From assembly GCA_964463175.1 (NCBI GenBank), contig CAYXBJ010000092.1, positions 70,931 through 134,930 on the forward strand: a DNA stretch of 64,000 bases, written 5' to 3'. The notes below the pieces were generated by a model, which saw only the letters and a program-made list of their open reading frames with translations, was not told the DNA's origin and made no database searches. The stretch is from an uncultured bacterium (GTDB lineage Bacteria; Methylomirabilota; Methylomirabilia; Rokubacteriales; DASRDR01). The position numbers were made by a program, and so were the translations under genes. Shown one piece after another: positions 19,444 through 27,185 of this stretch; the stretch's first letter is position 1; every line of letters starts with the position of its first letter.

Positions 19444-19874
19444 CGCCGCATCCAGTGGCCGCTCCGACCGCCGGACTTCTCGAGGAGGCAGAGGTCCGTG
19501 AGCCGCATCCCGCGATCGATGGCCTTCACCATGTCGTAGATGGCGAGCCCCGCGCCGGCGGCCGCGGTGAGGGCCTCCATCTCGACGCCGGTCTTGTCCA
19601 CCGTGCGCACCGCCGTTTCGACGTGGACCGCCGAGCGCGCGCGGTCCAGCGTGAACGACACGTCGACCCCGGTGAGCCGGAGCGGATGACAGAGGGGGAT
19701 GAGCTCCGCCGTCCGCTTGGCGGCCATGATCCCGGCCAGCCGGGCGACGCCGAGCACGTCGCCCTTGACGATCTCGCCCCGCCGGATGGCGCGGAGCGTC
19801 GCCGGACGGAGGCGGAGCGTGACCCGGGCCCGGGCCTCGCGCACCGTGTCGGGCTTGGCCGAGACATCAACCAT
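19440..19874 (-). CDS. moaC: cyclic pyranopterin monophosphate synthase MoaC
   Basis: MVDVSAKPDTVREA...GVEMEALTAA...EKSGGRSG matches E. coli MoaC throughout. True N-terminus probably extends ~13 aa upstream (LSHVDRHGKAR aligns to MoaC residues 4-14) from a non-ATG start. The stop overlaps the HDAC start (ATGA). Confidence 0.85.
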   Translation of the reverse strand: MVDVSAKPDTVREARARVTLRLRPATLRAIRRGEIVKGDVLGVARLAGIMAAKRTAELIPLCHPLRLTGVDVSFTLDRARSAVHVETAVRTVDKTGVEMEALTAAAGAGLAIYDMVKAIDRGMRLTDLCLLEKSGGRSGHWMRR

Positions 19875-20066
19875 CCGCGCCTTGCCGTGGCGGTCGACAT
19901 GACTCAGGCCGGCCAGGCCAGGCTCGGGCGCACCGCGGCGCGCGCGATCAGGCGAGGGCGAGGATCGAGAGCGGGCCCCCGGGCGGCGGGAGGCGGACAC
20001 ACGGCGCCCCGCGCGGGCCCGCGTGCCCGCGGACGCGCGGGGCATGGGCCGAGACGGTCGCCGGCC

Positions 20067-20303
20067 TCAGGCCGACATCGAGGCGGCAGCCTGGTTCTGC
20101 TGGATCAGCGTCTCCATGCGGTCTTTGCCGATGAGCTTGAGCTTCTTCAGCTCGCTCTCCCGCCACTGCTGCTCGGCGGAGAGGAACGGGCGGGCTTGGA
20201 GCTCCGCCAGCTCCTCCTCATGCGCCTGATGCTCGGCGCGCAACTGACGGAACTCCGCGTTGAGCTCGGTCAGGCGCTGGACGACGGCGTCGCGATCGGG
20301 CAT
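20067..20303 (-). CDS. DUF465 (YdcH-like) small protein
   Basis: 78 aa from the internal ATG. LSAEQQWRESELKKLKLIGKDRMETLI matches the DUF465 signature. Confidence 0.55.
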   Translation of the reverse strand: MPDRDAVVQRLTELNAEFRQLRAEHQAHEEELAELQARPFLSAEQQWRESELKKLKLIGKDRMETLIQQNQAAASMSA

Positions 20304-20565
20304 GCCCCCTCCTTCCGGCTCTGAGCTTCCGGCCCTGAAAGCAAAACGGCCAGCGCCCACACGGGCGACTGGCCATGTCATGAAGTCCGCTCTGGCTTTC
20401 GGCTGTGACGCACTCGGCCTCCCGTCGACGCCCGGGTGTGGGCCTGCCGCGTTGAGCCCCTTGTAGCAGACCCCTCCGCGCGGTGTCAAGCGGCCCCGAC
20501 CCGGACGCGCTGCGGGCGCTGCAGGCCGGTCACCGCCGCATCGAGCTCCGCCGGCGCGTCACGGG

Positions 20566-21663
20566 TTACCGACCGTCCCCGCGCCGGACCAGGTGGACGG
20601 CGCTCGCCTTGAACGTCACTTCCACCGGCACGCCCGGGGCGAGAGCCAGCGCCGCGACGGCCGGACGCGTCACGAGCGCCGTGAGCGGCACCCCGCAATC
20701 GACGCCGATCCGCCAGAGCGCGCCGAGCGGCGTGACGCGCACGACGCGACCGGGCAGGCGATTCTGGGCGCTCGTCGGCCCGGAGGCTTGGGGCCCTCCG
20801 AGGGTGAGGTCCTCGGGCCGGAGGCCGACCAGCACGCGCTCCCCCGGCCGCGCGTCCCCGACAGCGGTCACGCGCAGCGGGCCCGCCTCGACCGTGATCA
20901 CGCCATCGGTCTGCGCCACGACCCGCCCGGGTAAGAGATTCTCGACCCCGACGAAGCGGGCCACCGCCTCGGTGGCGGGCGCGCCGAAGACGCGCTCGGG
21001 CGGCCCCAGCTCGGCGAGCCGGCCCGCGAGCAGGACCGCGACGCGATCGCCGAGGCGGAGTGCCTCGGCCCGGTCGTGGGTGACCAGGACCGTCGTGGTC
21101 CGCGTCGCGGCGAGGAGCCGGCCCAGGTCGTCGAGCAGCGCCTCCCGCGTCGGGGCGTCCAGCGCCGCGAAGGGCTCGTCGAGGAAGAGCACCTCCGGCA
21201 TGGCCGCGAAGGCCCGGGCCAGACTGGTTCGCTGGGCCTCGCCCCCCGAGAGCCGGTCCACCGGGCGGTCCGCGAGCGCGTCGATCCCGAGCCGGCCGAG
21301 CCATTCGCGCGCGCGGCGGTCAGCCTCCAGACGGGCCACTCCACGGAGCCGCGACGCGAGGCGCGCGTTGTACAGGACGGAGCCCCGGCAGAGCATCGCC
21401 TCCTGAAACACGCAGGCCATCCGCCGCCGCCAGGCAAGCCGCTCGGTCTCGGTCTGCGGCACCGCCCCCTGGAATCGCACCGTCCCCCGGCTCGGGCGGG
21501 CGAGCAGCGCCAGCACCCGAAGCAGCGTGGACTTGCCCGCGCCGTTCGGGCCGATGACCGCCAGCACCTCGCCGGGGAGCACGTCGAGCGCGGGCACGTC
21601 GAGGACGATCTGCCCGTCGTATCGCATCTCGACGCCCGCCGCCTCGACGACCGGGCCGCTCAC
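20566..21663 (-). CDS. molybdate/tungstate ABC transporter ATP-binding protein with C-terminal TOBE domain (ModC-like, copy 2)
   Basis: GTG start chosen so that Walker A (GPNGAGKST) lies ~37 aa from the N-terminus. LSGGEAQR signature. C-terminal TOBE-like region. Confidence 0.8.
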   Translation of the reverse strand: MSGPVVEAAGVEMRYDGQIVLDVPALDVLPGEVLAVIGPNGAGKSTLLRVLALLARPSRGTVRFQGAVPQTETERLAWRRRMACVFQEAMLCRGSVLYNARLASRLRGVARLEADRRAREWLGRLGIDALADRPVDRLSGGEAQRTSLARAFAAMPEVLFLDEPFAALDAPTREALLDDLGRLLAATRTTTVLVTHDRAEALRLGDRVAVLLAGRLAELGPPERVFGAPATEAVARFVGVENLLPGRVVAQTDGVITVEAGPLRVTAVGDARPGERVLVGLRPEDLTLGGPQASGPTSAQNRLPGRVVRVTPLGALWRIGVDCGVPLTALVTRPAVAALALAPGVPVEVTFKASAVHLVRRGDGR

Positions 21664-21718
21664 GGGACCCCCGTCTTCCGGCGGCCTTCGGCCACCGGCG
21701 CCGCAAGGACCGGCGCGC

Positions 21719-22840
21719 TCACACGCCCGCCAGCACCTGGAGCGCCCCGCGATGCATGGACACTTCCCACTCGTGATCCCGCGCGATGTCCAGGATCTCG
21801 TACACGAGATGCGGGACTTCGATCTCGAGGTCGTAAGCACCCTGGCTCGGCGAACCCGGCGCGGCGAGCCGGAAGAGGAGCGTCCACGACGTGCCGTGGT
21901 CGATCGACTCGACGACCGCCCCGCGCAGGAGATTCATGTGGTGGGCCGGATCGAGCCCGGCCCGGTCCTTCCGGATCAGCCGCACGTGCTCGGGGCGGAC
22001 CATGAACGTGACCGCGCTCCCCGGCGCCGCGAGGAACGGTGTGGTCGGCGAGTTGACGGCCTCGACGGTGTGCCCGCGCCAGGCGATCTCGACGCGATCC
22101 GGCGCGCTCTTGACCACGGTGCCGTGGACGACGTTGCGGAGCCCGATGAGCCGGGCCACCCGCTCGGATCCGGGACGCCCGAGCACGTCGGCCTTCGGTC
22201 CGGCCTGCACGACCCGGCCGCCCTCGTAGATGACCAAGCGGTCCCCGAGCTGGTACGCCTCGGCGAGGTCGTGCGTCACCAGGACGACCGTGCGGCGCAG
22301 CCCCACGATCAGGCTCCGCAGCTCCCCGCCGAGCTGCCGCCGCAACGGGGCGTCGAGCGCCGACAGCGGCTCGTCCAGGAGGAGGACCGCCGGATCGGGC
22401 GCGATCGCGCGGCCGAGGGCGACGCGCTGCTGCTGGCCCCCCGAGAGCTCGCGCGGGTCGCGCCCGGCCAGCGGTTCCAGCCCGAGCTGCGCGAGGATCT
22501 CGGCCGTCCGGCGCCGGCGCTCGGGGCCCGGCCGGTCGCGCAAGCCGAACGCCACGTTCTCCGCGACCGTGAGGTGCGGAAAGAGTGCGTACCCCTGGAA
22601 GACGTAGCCGAGACGGCGCGCCTGCGGCGGCAGCTCGATTCCGGCGGCGGTGTCGTCGAACACCCGCTCGTTGACCACCACGCGGGCCACGTCGGGTCGC
22701 GTCAGCCCGGCGAGACACTGGAGCGTGAGGCTCTTCCCGGCGCCGGAGGGACCGAACAGGGTCACGACCTCGTCGCCCGCGGACCACGCGACGTCGAGCG
22801 TGAAGCCGGGCAGGGCCTTCCGGAGGCTGACGTCGATCAC
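21719..22840 (-). CDS. molybdate/tungstate ABC transporter ATP-binding protein with C-terminal TOBE domain (ModC-like, copy 1)
   Basis: 373 aa. Walker A GPSGAGKS, LSGGQQQRVALGRA, Walker B LLLDEPLSALD. ~130-aa C-terminal TOBE-like domain. Confidence 0.85.
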   Translation of the reverse strand: MIDVSLRKALPGFTLDVAWSAGDEVVTLFGPSGAGKSLTLQCLAGLTRPDVARVVVNERVFDDTAAGIELPPQARRLGYVFQGYALFPHLTVAENVAFGLRDRPGPERRRRTAEILAQLGLEPLAGRDPRELSGGQQQRVALGRAIAPDPAVLLLDEPLSALDAPLRRQLGGELRSLIVGLRRTVVLVTHDLAEAYQLGDRLVIYEGGRVVQAGPKADVLGRPGSERVARLIGLRNVVHGTVVKSAPDRVEIAWRGHTVEAVNSPTTPFLAAPGSAVTFMVRPEHVRLIRKDRAGLDPAHHMNLLRGAVVESIDHGTSWTLLFRLAAPGSPSQGAYDLEIEVPHLVYEILDIARDHEWEVSMHRGALQVLAGV

Positions 22841-22847
22841 GGCCGTC

Positions 22848-23528
22848 TCAGAGCCGGCTGCCCAGCCGGCTCGCCAGCACGACCACGGCGCACGACAGCG
22901 TCGTCAGGACGAGCACCAGAACGCGCGCCTCCGCGATCTCCCCGGTCGAGACCGCGGTGTAGATGGCGAGCGGCACGGTCGCCGTGCGTCCCGGGATGTT
23001 CCCCGCCAGCATGAGCGTCGCGCCGAACTCGCCCAGCGCGCGGGCGAAGGCGAGGACCAGGCCGGCCACGATGCCGCGCCGAGCGAGCGGCAGGGTCACC
23101 TCGAGCGCCGTGCGCCATTCGGAACGGCCGAGGACGAAGGCCGCGCGCTCCAGATCCGGGTTGACGCTCTCGATGGCGGCCCGCGCCGGTCGGACGAGGA
23201 GCGGTAGCGCCATCACCGCCGCCGCAACGACCGCCGCGTACCAAGTGAACGGCAGGCTCCAGCCGGTCAGAGTGTAGAGGGGGCCGCCCAGCCAGCCCCG
23301 GCGGCCGAGGAGCACGATCAGGTAGTAGCCCGTCACCGTGGGCGGGAGCACGAGCGGCAGCATCACGAGGACATCCAGCGCCTGCCGCCCCCAGAAGCGT
23401 CGCTTGGCGAGCAGGTACGCGAGCGGGATGCCCACGAGCGCGTCCGCGAGCGTCGCCAGCAGGGATACGCGAAGCGACAGCCACAGGGCGCTGGTCGAGG
23501 CCTCCGGCATCGGGAGCGACTGTAGCAC
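22848..23528 (-). CDS. molybdate/tungstate ABC transporter permease (ModB/TupB-like)
   Basis: 226 aa. EAA loop ARALGEFGATLMLAGNIPG typical of ModB-family permeases. Confidence 0.85.
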   Translation of the reverse strand: MLQSLPMPEASTSALWLSLRVSLLATLADALVGIPLAYLLAKRRFWGRQALDVLVMLPLVLPPTVTGYYLIVLLGRRGWLGGPLYTLTGWSLPFTWYAAVVAAAVMALPLLVRPARAAIESVNPDLERAAFVLGRSEWRTALEVTLPLARRGIVAGLVLAFARALGEFGATLMLAGNIPGRTATVPLAIYTAVSTGEIAEARVLVLVLTTLSCAVVVLASRLGSRL

Positions 23529-23561
23529 GCGGGTCCGGGGACCCCCGGGCCCGCCCGGGCG

Positions 23562-24257
23562 CTAGGTGCGGCCCCGCTGCTGGATCCAGGTGAGCGCACA
23601 GTTCACCAGGAACGTGAGGGCGAGCAGGATGACTGACAGCGCGATCGCCACGTCGAAGTTCCCCTTGCTCGTCTCGAGGACCGTGGCCGTCGTCAGCACC
23701 CGGGTCTGCGCCCGGATGTTCCCGCCGACCATCAGCGAGGCGCCGACCTCCGAGATCACCGCGCCGAAGCCGGCCATCAGAGCCGCGAGCAGCGGGAGCC
23801 GCGCCTCGCGGATCAGGACCCCGAGCAGCTGGAGCCGGGAGGCGCCGAGGGCCTGCACCTGGAGCCGGAAGCGCTCCGGGATCTGCTGGACCGCCGCCAG
23901 CGTGAGCCCGGTGACGACCGGGACGGCGATGACGAACTGGGCGATCACGATCGCCGTCGGCGTGTAGAGCAGCTCCAGCGCCCCCAGCGGGCCGCTCCGC
24001 CAGAGGAGGATCGACACGAAGAGGCCCACGACGACCGGCGGCAGCCCCATCCCGGTGTTCACGAGGGCCACGACGAGGCCGCGCCCGGGAAACCGCACGA
24101 GCGCGAGAACGGTCCCGAGCGGCATGCCGGCGAAAAGGGACAGCACGGTCGCCGCCCCCGACACCTTGAGCGAGAGCCAGGTGACGCCGAGAAGCTCGGG
24201 GTCGGCGGCCGCCAGAAGGGCCCCCGCCTGGACCAGCCCCTCGCCGATCAGTCCCAC
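23562..24257 (-). CDS. molybdate/tungstate ABC transporter permease (second, ModB/TupB-like)
   Basis: 231 aa. EAA-like loop AVISEVGASLMVGGNI. Paralogous to but distinct from the adjacent permease. Confidence 0.85.
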   Translation of the reverse strand: MGLIGEGLVQAGALLAAADPELLGVTWLSLKVSGAATVLSLFAGMPLGTVLALVRFPGRGLVVALVNTGMGLPPVVVGLFVSILLWRSGPLGALELLYTPTAIVIAQFVIAVPVVTGLTLAAVQQIPERFRLQVQALGASRLQLLGVLIREARLPLLAALMAGFGAVISEVGASLMVGGNIRAQTRVLTTATVLETSKGNFDVAIALSVILLALTFLVNCALTWIQQRGRT

Positions 24258-24310
24258 GCGGGCACCGCAATCGGGGACGCTACGCTCGGCCTCCGATCAC
24301 CTGCGGCGGG

Positions 24311-25120
24311 TCACCGTGACCCGGGAAGCGGCGGCTGGAAGCCGAGCCGGCCGAGCACCGCCTGACCCTCCGCTCCGGTTACGAGGTCCACGAAAGCCCG
24401 CGCGAGCGACGTCTGGCTCGAAGCGGCCACGACCGCGATGGGGTACACGACTGGGGAATAGGTATCCTCCCCCGGCCGGAAGGCCTGCCGGACGCGCGTC
24501 CCCGCCGTCGGCACATCCGTCGCGTAGACGAACCCCGCGTCCACTTCTCCGCGCGCGACGTACTCCAGAACCTGGCGGACGTTCTCGGCGAAGACGAGCT
24601 TCGGGCCGAGCGCATCCCAGGCGCCGGTGGCCTGCAGGCTCTGCTGGGCATACTGCCCTGCCGGCACCGTCTTCGGGTTGCCGAGGGCCACGCGGGTCAC
24701 CCGCGGCGTGAGCAGGTCGGCCACCGCCGTCAGGTCCGGGCCGGCGTCCGCCGGCGTGACGACGACCAGCACGTTCCGCGCAAACGCGCGGCGGGTGTCC
24801 GGGAGGATCAGCTTCTTCTGTTCGAGCTCGTCCATCTGGCGCGTCGCCGCCGAGACGAACACGTCGATCGGCGCTCCGGCCTCGATCTGCTTCTGGAGAT
24901 CGCCCGACGCGCCGAAGTTGTACCGCATGGTCACGCCCGGCTGGCGCCCGGCGAAGGTCCGGCCGAGGCTCTCGATCGCCTCCTTCATGCTGATGGCGAC
25001 GGACAGCGTCAGCTCCTCCGCCGATGCGGGCGTGACCACGCCCACGGCAAGCGCCACGGCGACGACGAGGACCGTCCCGGAGAGACGGCCCCGGCGCCTG
25101 GATCGGCGAGCGGGCGTCAC
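24311..25120 (-). CDS. modA: molybdate ABC transporter substrate-binding protein
   Basis: Lies within the 531-aa track ORF. GTG start preceded by GGAGG. Signal peptide then a ModA-like ...FGASGDLQKQIEAGAPIDVFVSAA motif. Start overlaps the tupA stop (GTGA). Confidence 0.8.
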   Translation of the reverse strand: MTPARRSRRRGRLSGTVLVVAVALAVGVVTPASAEELTLSVAISMKEAIESLGRTFAGRQPGVTMRYNFGASGDLQKQIEAGAPIDVFVSAATRQMDELEQKKLILPDTRRAFARNVLVVVTPADAGPDLTAVADLLTPRVTRVALGNPKTVPAGQYAQQSLQATGAWDALGPKLVFAENVRQVLEYVARGEVDAGFVYATDVPTAGTRVRQAFRPGEDTYSPVVYPIAVVAASSQTSLARAFVDLVTGAEGQAVLGRLGFQPPLPGSR

Positions 25121-25965
25121 TTCCCCACCTCCTCTTCCCGCTGGCCGGCGATCGGCACGAACAGCGCCTGTCCGTACTTGTCCACCCCGAAGGTGCGGAT
25201 CGTCGCCTGCACCACCGGCGACAGCATGAAGTCGGCGAACGACTTGCCGGCGGCCGCATTCACACGCGGCCCGTTGGCCGGGTTGACCTCCATGACGGAG
25301 TAGATGTTGAGGAGCGGCCGGTCCTTCTCCACGAGGATCGGCAGGTCGATCCGCTTCTGGAAGGCGAGATACGTGCCCCGGTCGGTCAGCGTGTAGGCCC
25401 GACGGTCGTTCGCGATGCCGAGCGTCTGTCCCATCCCCTGGCCGGACTCGAGGTACCACGCCCCCTTCGGCTCGATCCCGGCCTGCTTCCAGAGTGCCTG
25501 CTCGAGGAGATGGGTCCCGGACTTGTCCCCGCGGGAGACGAAACGGGACTCCCTGGCAGCGATCATCCGGAGGGCCTCGACCGCGGTCATCCCTTTGATC
25601 TTCGCCGCGTCTTCGGCGGGGCCGATCACGACGAAGTCGTTGTACATGACGAGGCGCCGGTTCAGCATCTTGCCCTCGTCGACGTACTTCTTCTCGAGCG
25701 CCGGCGCGTGGGCCAGCGTGACGTCCGCCTCGCCGCGCGCGGCCAAAGCGAGCGCCTGGCCCGTCCCCACCGAGATCGTCTTGACGGAGTAGCCGGTGGC
25801 CTGCTCGAACATCGGAACGAGGACATCGAGAAGCCCCGAGTCCTGCGTGCTCGTCGTCGTCGAGAGGATGAGCGTCCGGGAGGTCGGGCCGGGCGTCTGG
25901 CCCCACGCGAGCCCGGCGCCGAGAAGGAGCATCAGGGTGACCAGGACGAGTCGACGTCGCGTCAT
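25117..25965 (-). CDS. tupA: tungstate ABC transporter substrate-binding protein
   Basis: 282 aa. Signal peptide. Contains the TTTS anion-binding motif (LILSTTTSTQDSGLLD) characteristic of TupA/WtpA-family proteins. Confidence 0.85.
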   Translation of the reverse strand: MTRRRLVLVTLMLLLGAGLAWGQTPGPTSRTLILSTTTSTQDSGLLDVLVPMFEQATGYSVKTISVGTGQALALAARGEADVTLAHAPALEKKYVDEGKMLNRRLVMYNDFVVIGPAEDAAKIKGMTAVEALRMIAARESRFVSRGDKSGTHLLEQALWKQAGIEPKGAWYLESGQGMGQTLGIANDRRAYTLTDRGTYLAFQKRIDLPILVEKDRPLLNIYSVMEVNPANGPRVNAAAGKSFADFMLSPVVQATIRTFGVDKYGQALFVPIAGQREEEVGK

Positions 25966-26133
25966 GCCGTGGCGTCCTCCGGTGACGGGTCTAGGGCCGG
26001 GCCGGCCACTCGGCCGCCCGGGGCCGCCGGGCAGCGCGGCCGGGCCGGGCCAGGATCGGCCAGCCCCGGACAGTATGACCGATCCCGGGCGCCGGCGCGG
26101 ACCACCGGCGGCGCGCGGCGAATGGGACTCGGG

Positions 26134-27054
26134 TCAGGCCACCTCCCCCAGCACGCGGCCGGTCTGCTTCCAGTCGTAGCCGCCTAGGCGCTCGAGTCCC
26201 TGGCGGAACCGCTCCGACCGGATCGCCTCCAAGAGCGTCTGGAGGGGGGGCTGGAAGAAGGTGTCCTTCGGGACGACGAGGTCGAGCCGCTCGCGGGCGA
26301 GGGGGACGAAGCCCAGGCTCAGAGCCAGCGCCACCCCGTGAGTCCCGACCCCAACGTCGGCCTCGCCGCGCAGCACCCGGAGGGCCACCGCCCAGTGCGT
26401 CGAGACCTCCTCTCGATAGCCCACGACCCCCGCGTGCTCGACCCCCGCGGCGGCCAGGGCTTGGTCGGTGAACGCGCGCGTCGCGGAGTCCGGCTGACGG
26501 TTCACGAAGCGGAGGCCGCGCCGGAGGTCGCCCACGCCTTCGACCTTCCGGGGATTGCCCGTCCAGACCAGGAGCCCGAGCTCGCGGACGAACAGGTTGA
26601 CCACCACGGCGGGGCGCTCAGGCAGGTGGCGCGGGATGTACGCGAGGTCCGGCCCGCCTGACGGGGAGGCGACGTGCGCGCACACCGCGACATCGGCTCG
26701 GCCCTGCGCCAGCGCCGCCAGACCCCCGAGGCTTCCGACGGTGGCGATGAAGAGCACCGGGTGGCCCGCCTGCTCGCGGAGGGCATCCGGCAGGTTCTGG
26801 AGCGCGGGGTCGTCGCTCCCGGCCAGGAAGAGACTGCCGGGCGGCAGCGTCGTGCGCCCGCGGGCCGACCGCTCCCCGCCCCGCTGGCGCGCGCTCGCCT
26901 CGAGCCACTCATCCAGGAGATGCACCGGGAAGAGCCACTTGCCCGTGACTCGGCTCGCCGGAATGCCGCCCCGCTGGGCGAGCAGATACACCGAGCGGGG
27001 GTTGAGGCGGAGATAGCGGGCGGCCTCGGCCACCGTGAGGAAGCGTGGCTCCAT
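26134..27054 (-). CDS. TunR-like transcriptional regulator: excisionase-family HTH fused to a periplasmic-binding-protein-like (COG1910 molybdate-binding) domain
   Basis: N-terminal LTVAEAARYLRLNPRSVYLLAQRGGIPASRVTGKWLF is a MerR/excisionase-type HTH. The remaining ~240 aa are PBP-like. Immediately upstream of the tup/mod operon. The track start at 27093 is TTG, so the ATG at 27054 is preferred. Confidence 0.65.
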   Translation of the reverse strand: MEPRFLTVAEAARYLRLNPRSVYLLAQRGGIPASRVTGKWLFPVHLLDEWLEASARQRGGERSARGRTTLPPGSLFLAGSDDPALQNLPDALREQAGHPVLFIATVGSLGGLAALAQGRADVAVCAHVASPSGGPDLAYIPRHLPERPAVVVNLFVRELGLLVWTGNPRKVEGVGDLRRGLRFVNRQPDSATRAFTDQALAAAGVEHAGVVGYREEVSTHWAVALRVLRGEADVGVGTHGVALALSLGFVPLARERLDLVVPKDTFFQPPLQTLLEAIRSERFRQGLERLGGYDWKQTGRVLGEVA

Positions 27055-27076
27055 TCCGGAGCGCAGCGTAGCATGT

Positions 27077-27106
27077 CGATCAAACTGGATCAAATTAGAT
27101 CAAGGT
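27077..27106. promoter_or_regulatory. three direct GATCAA(A/G) repeats at 10-bp spacing in an AT-rich island, a candidate operator/promoter upstream of the TunR-like gene
   Basis: Sequence gatcaaactg gatcaaatta gatcaaggtg, 23-52 bp upstream of the ATG at 27054. Local GC is far below the ~70% background. Confidence 0.3.
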
Positions 27107-27185
27107 GAATCCTGGATACTCCTCTCACGAAAAGATGGCCGGGGGCGGTGCAAACCGGTCGGGACCGAGGGGATCCGGGCGAAAT

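Noticed and set aside
26134-27093. Phage excisionase, implying a prophage or integrative element
   Set aside because: The excisionase-type HTH is fused to a PBP-like ligand-binding domain and sits upstream of the tup/mod operon (TunR-like architecture). No integrase, att repeats or phage genes flank it. The nearby tRNA-Leu is 12 kb away with no repeat.
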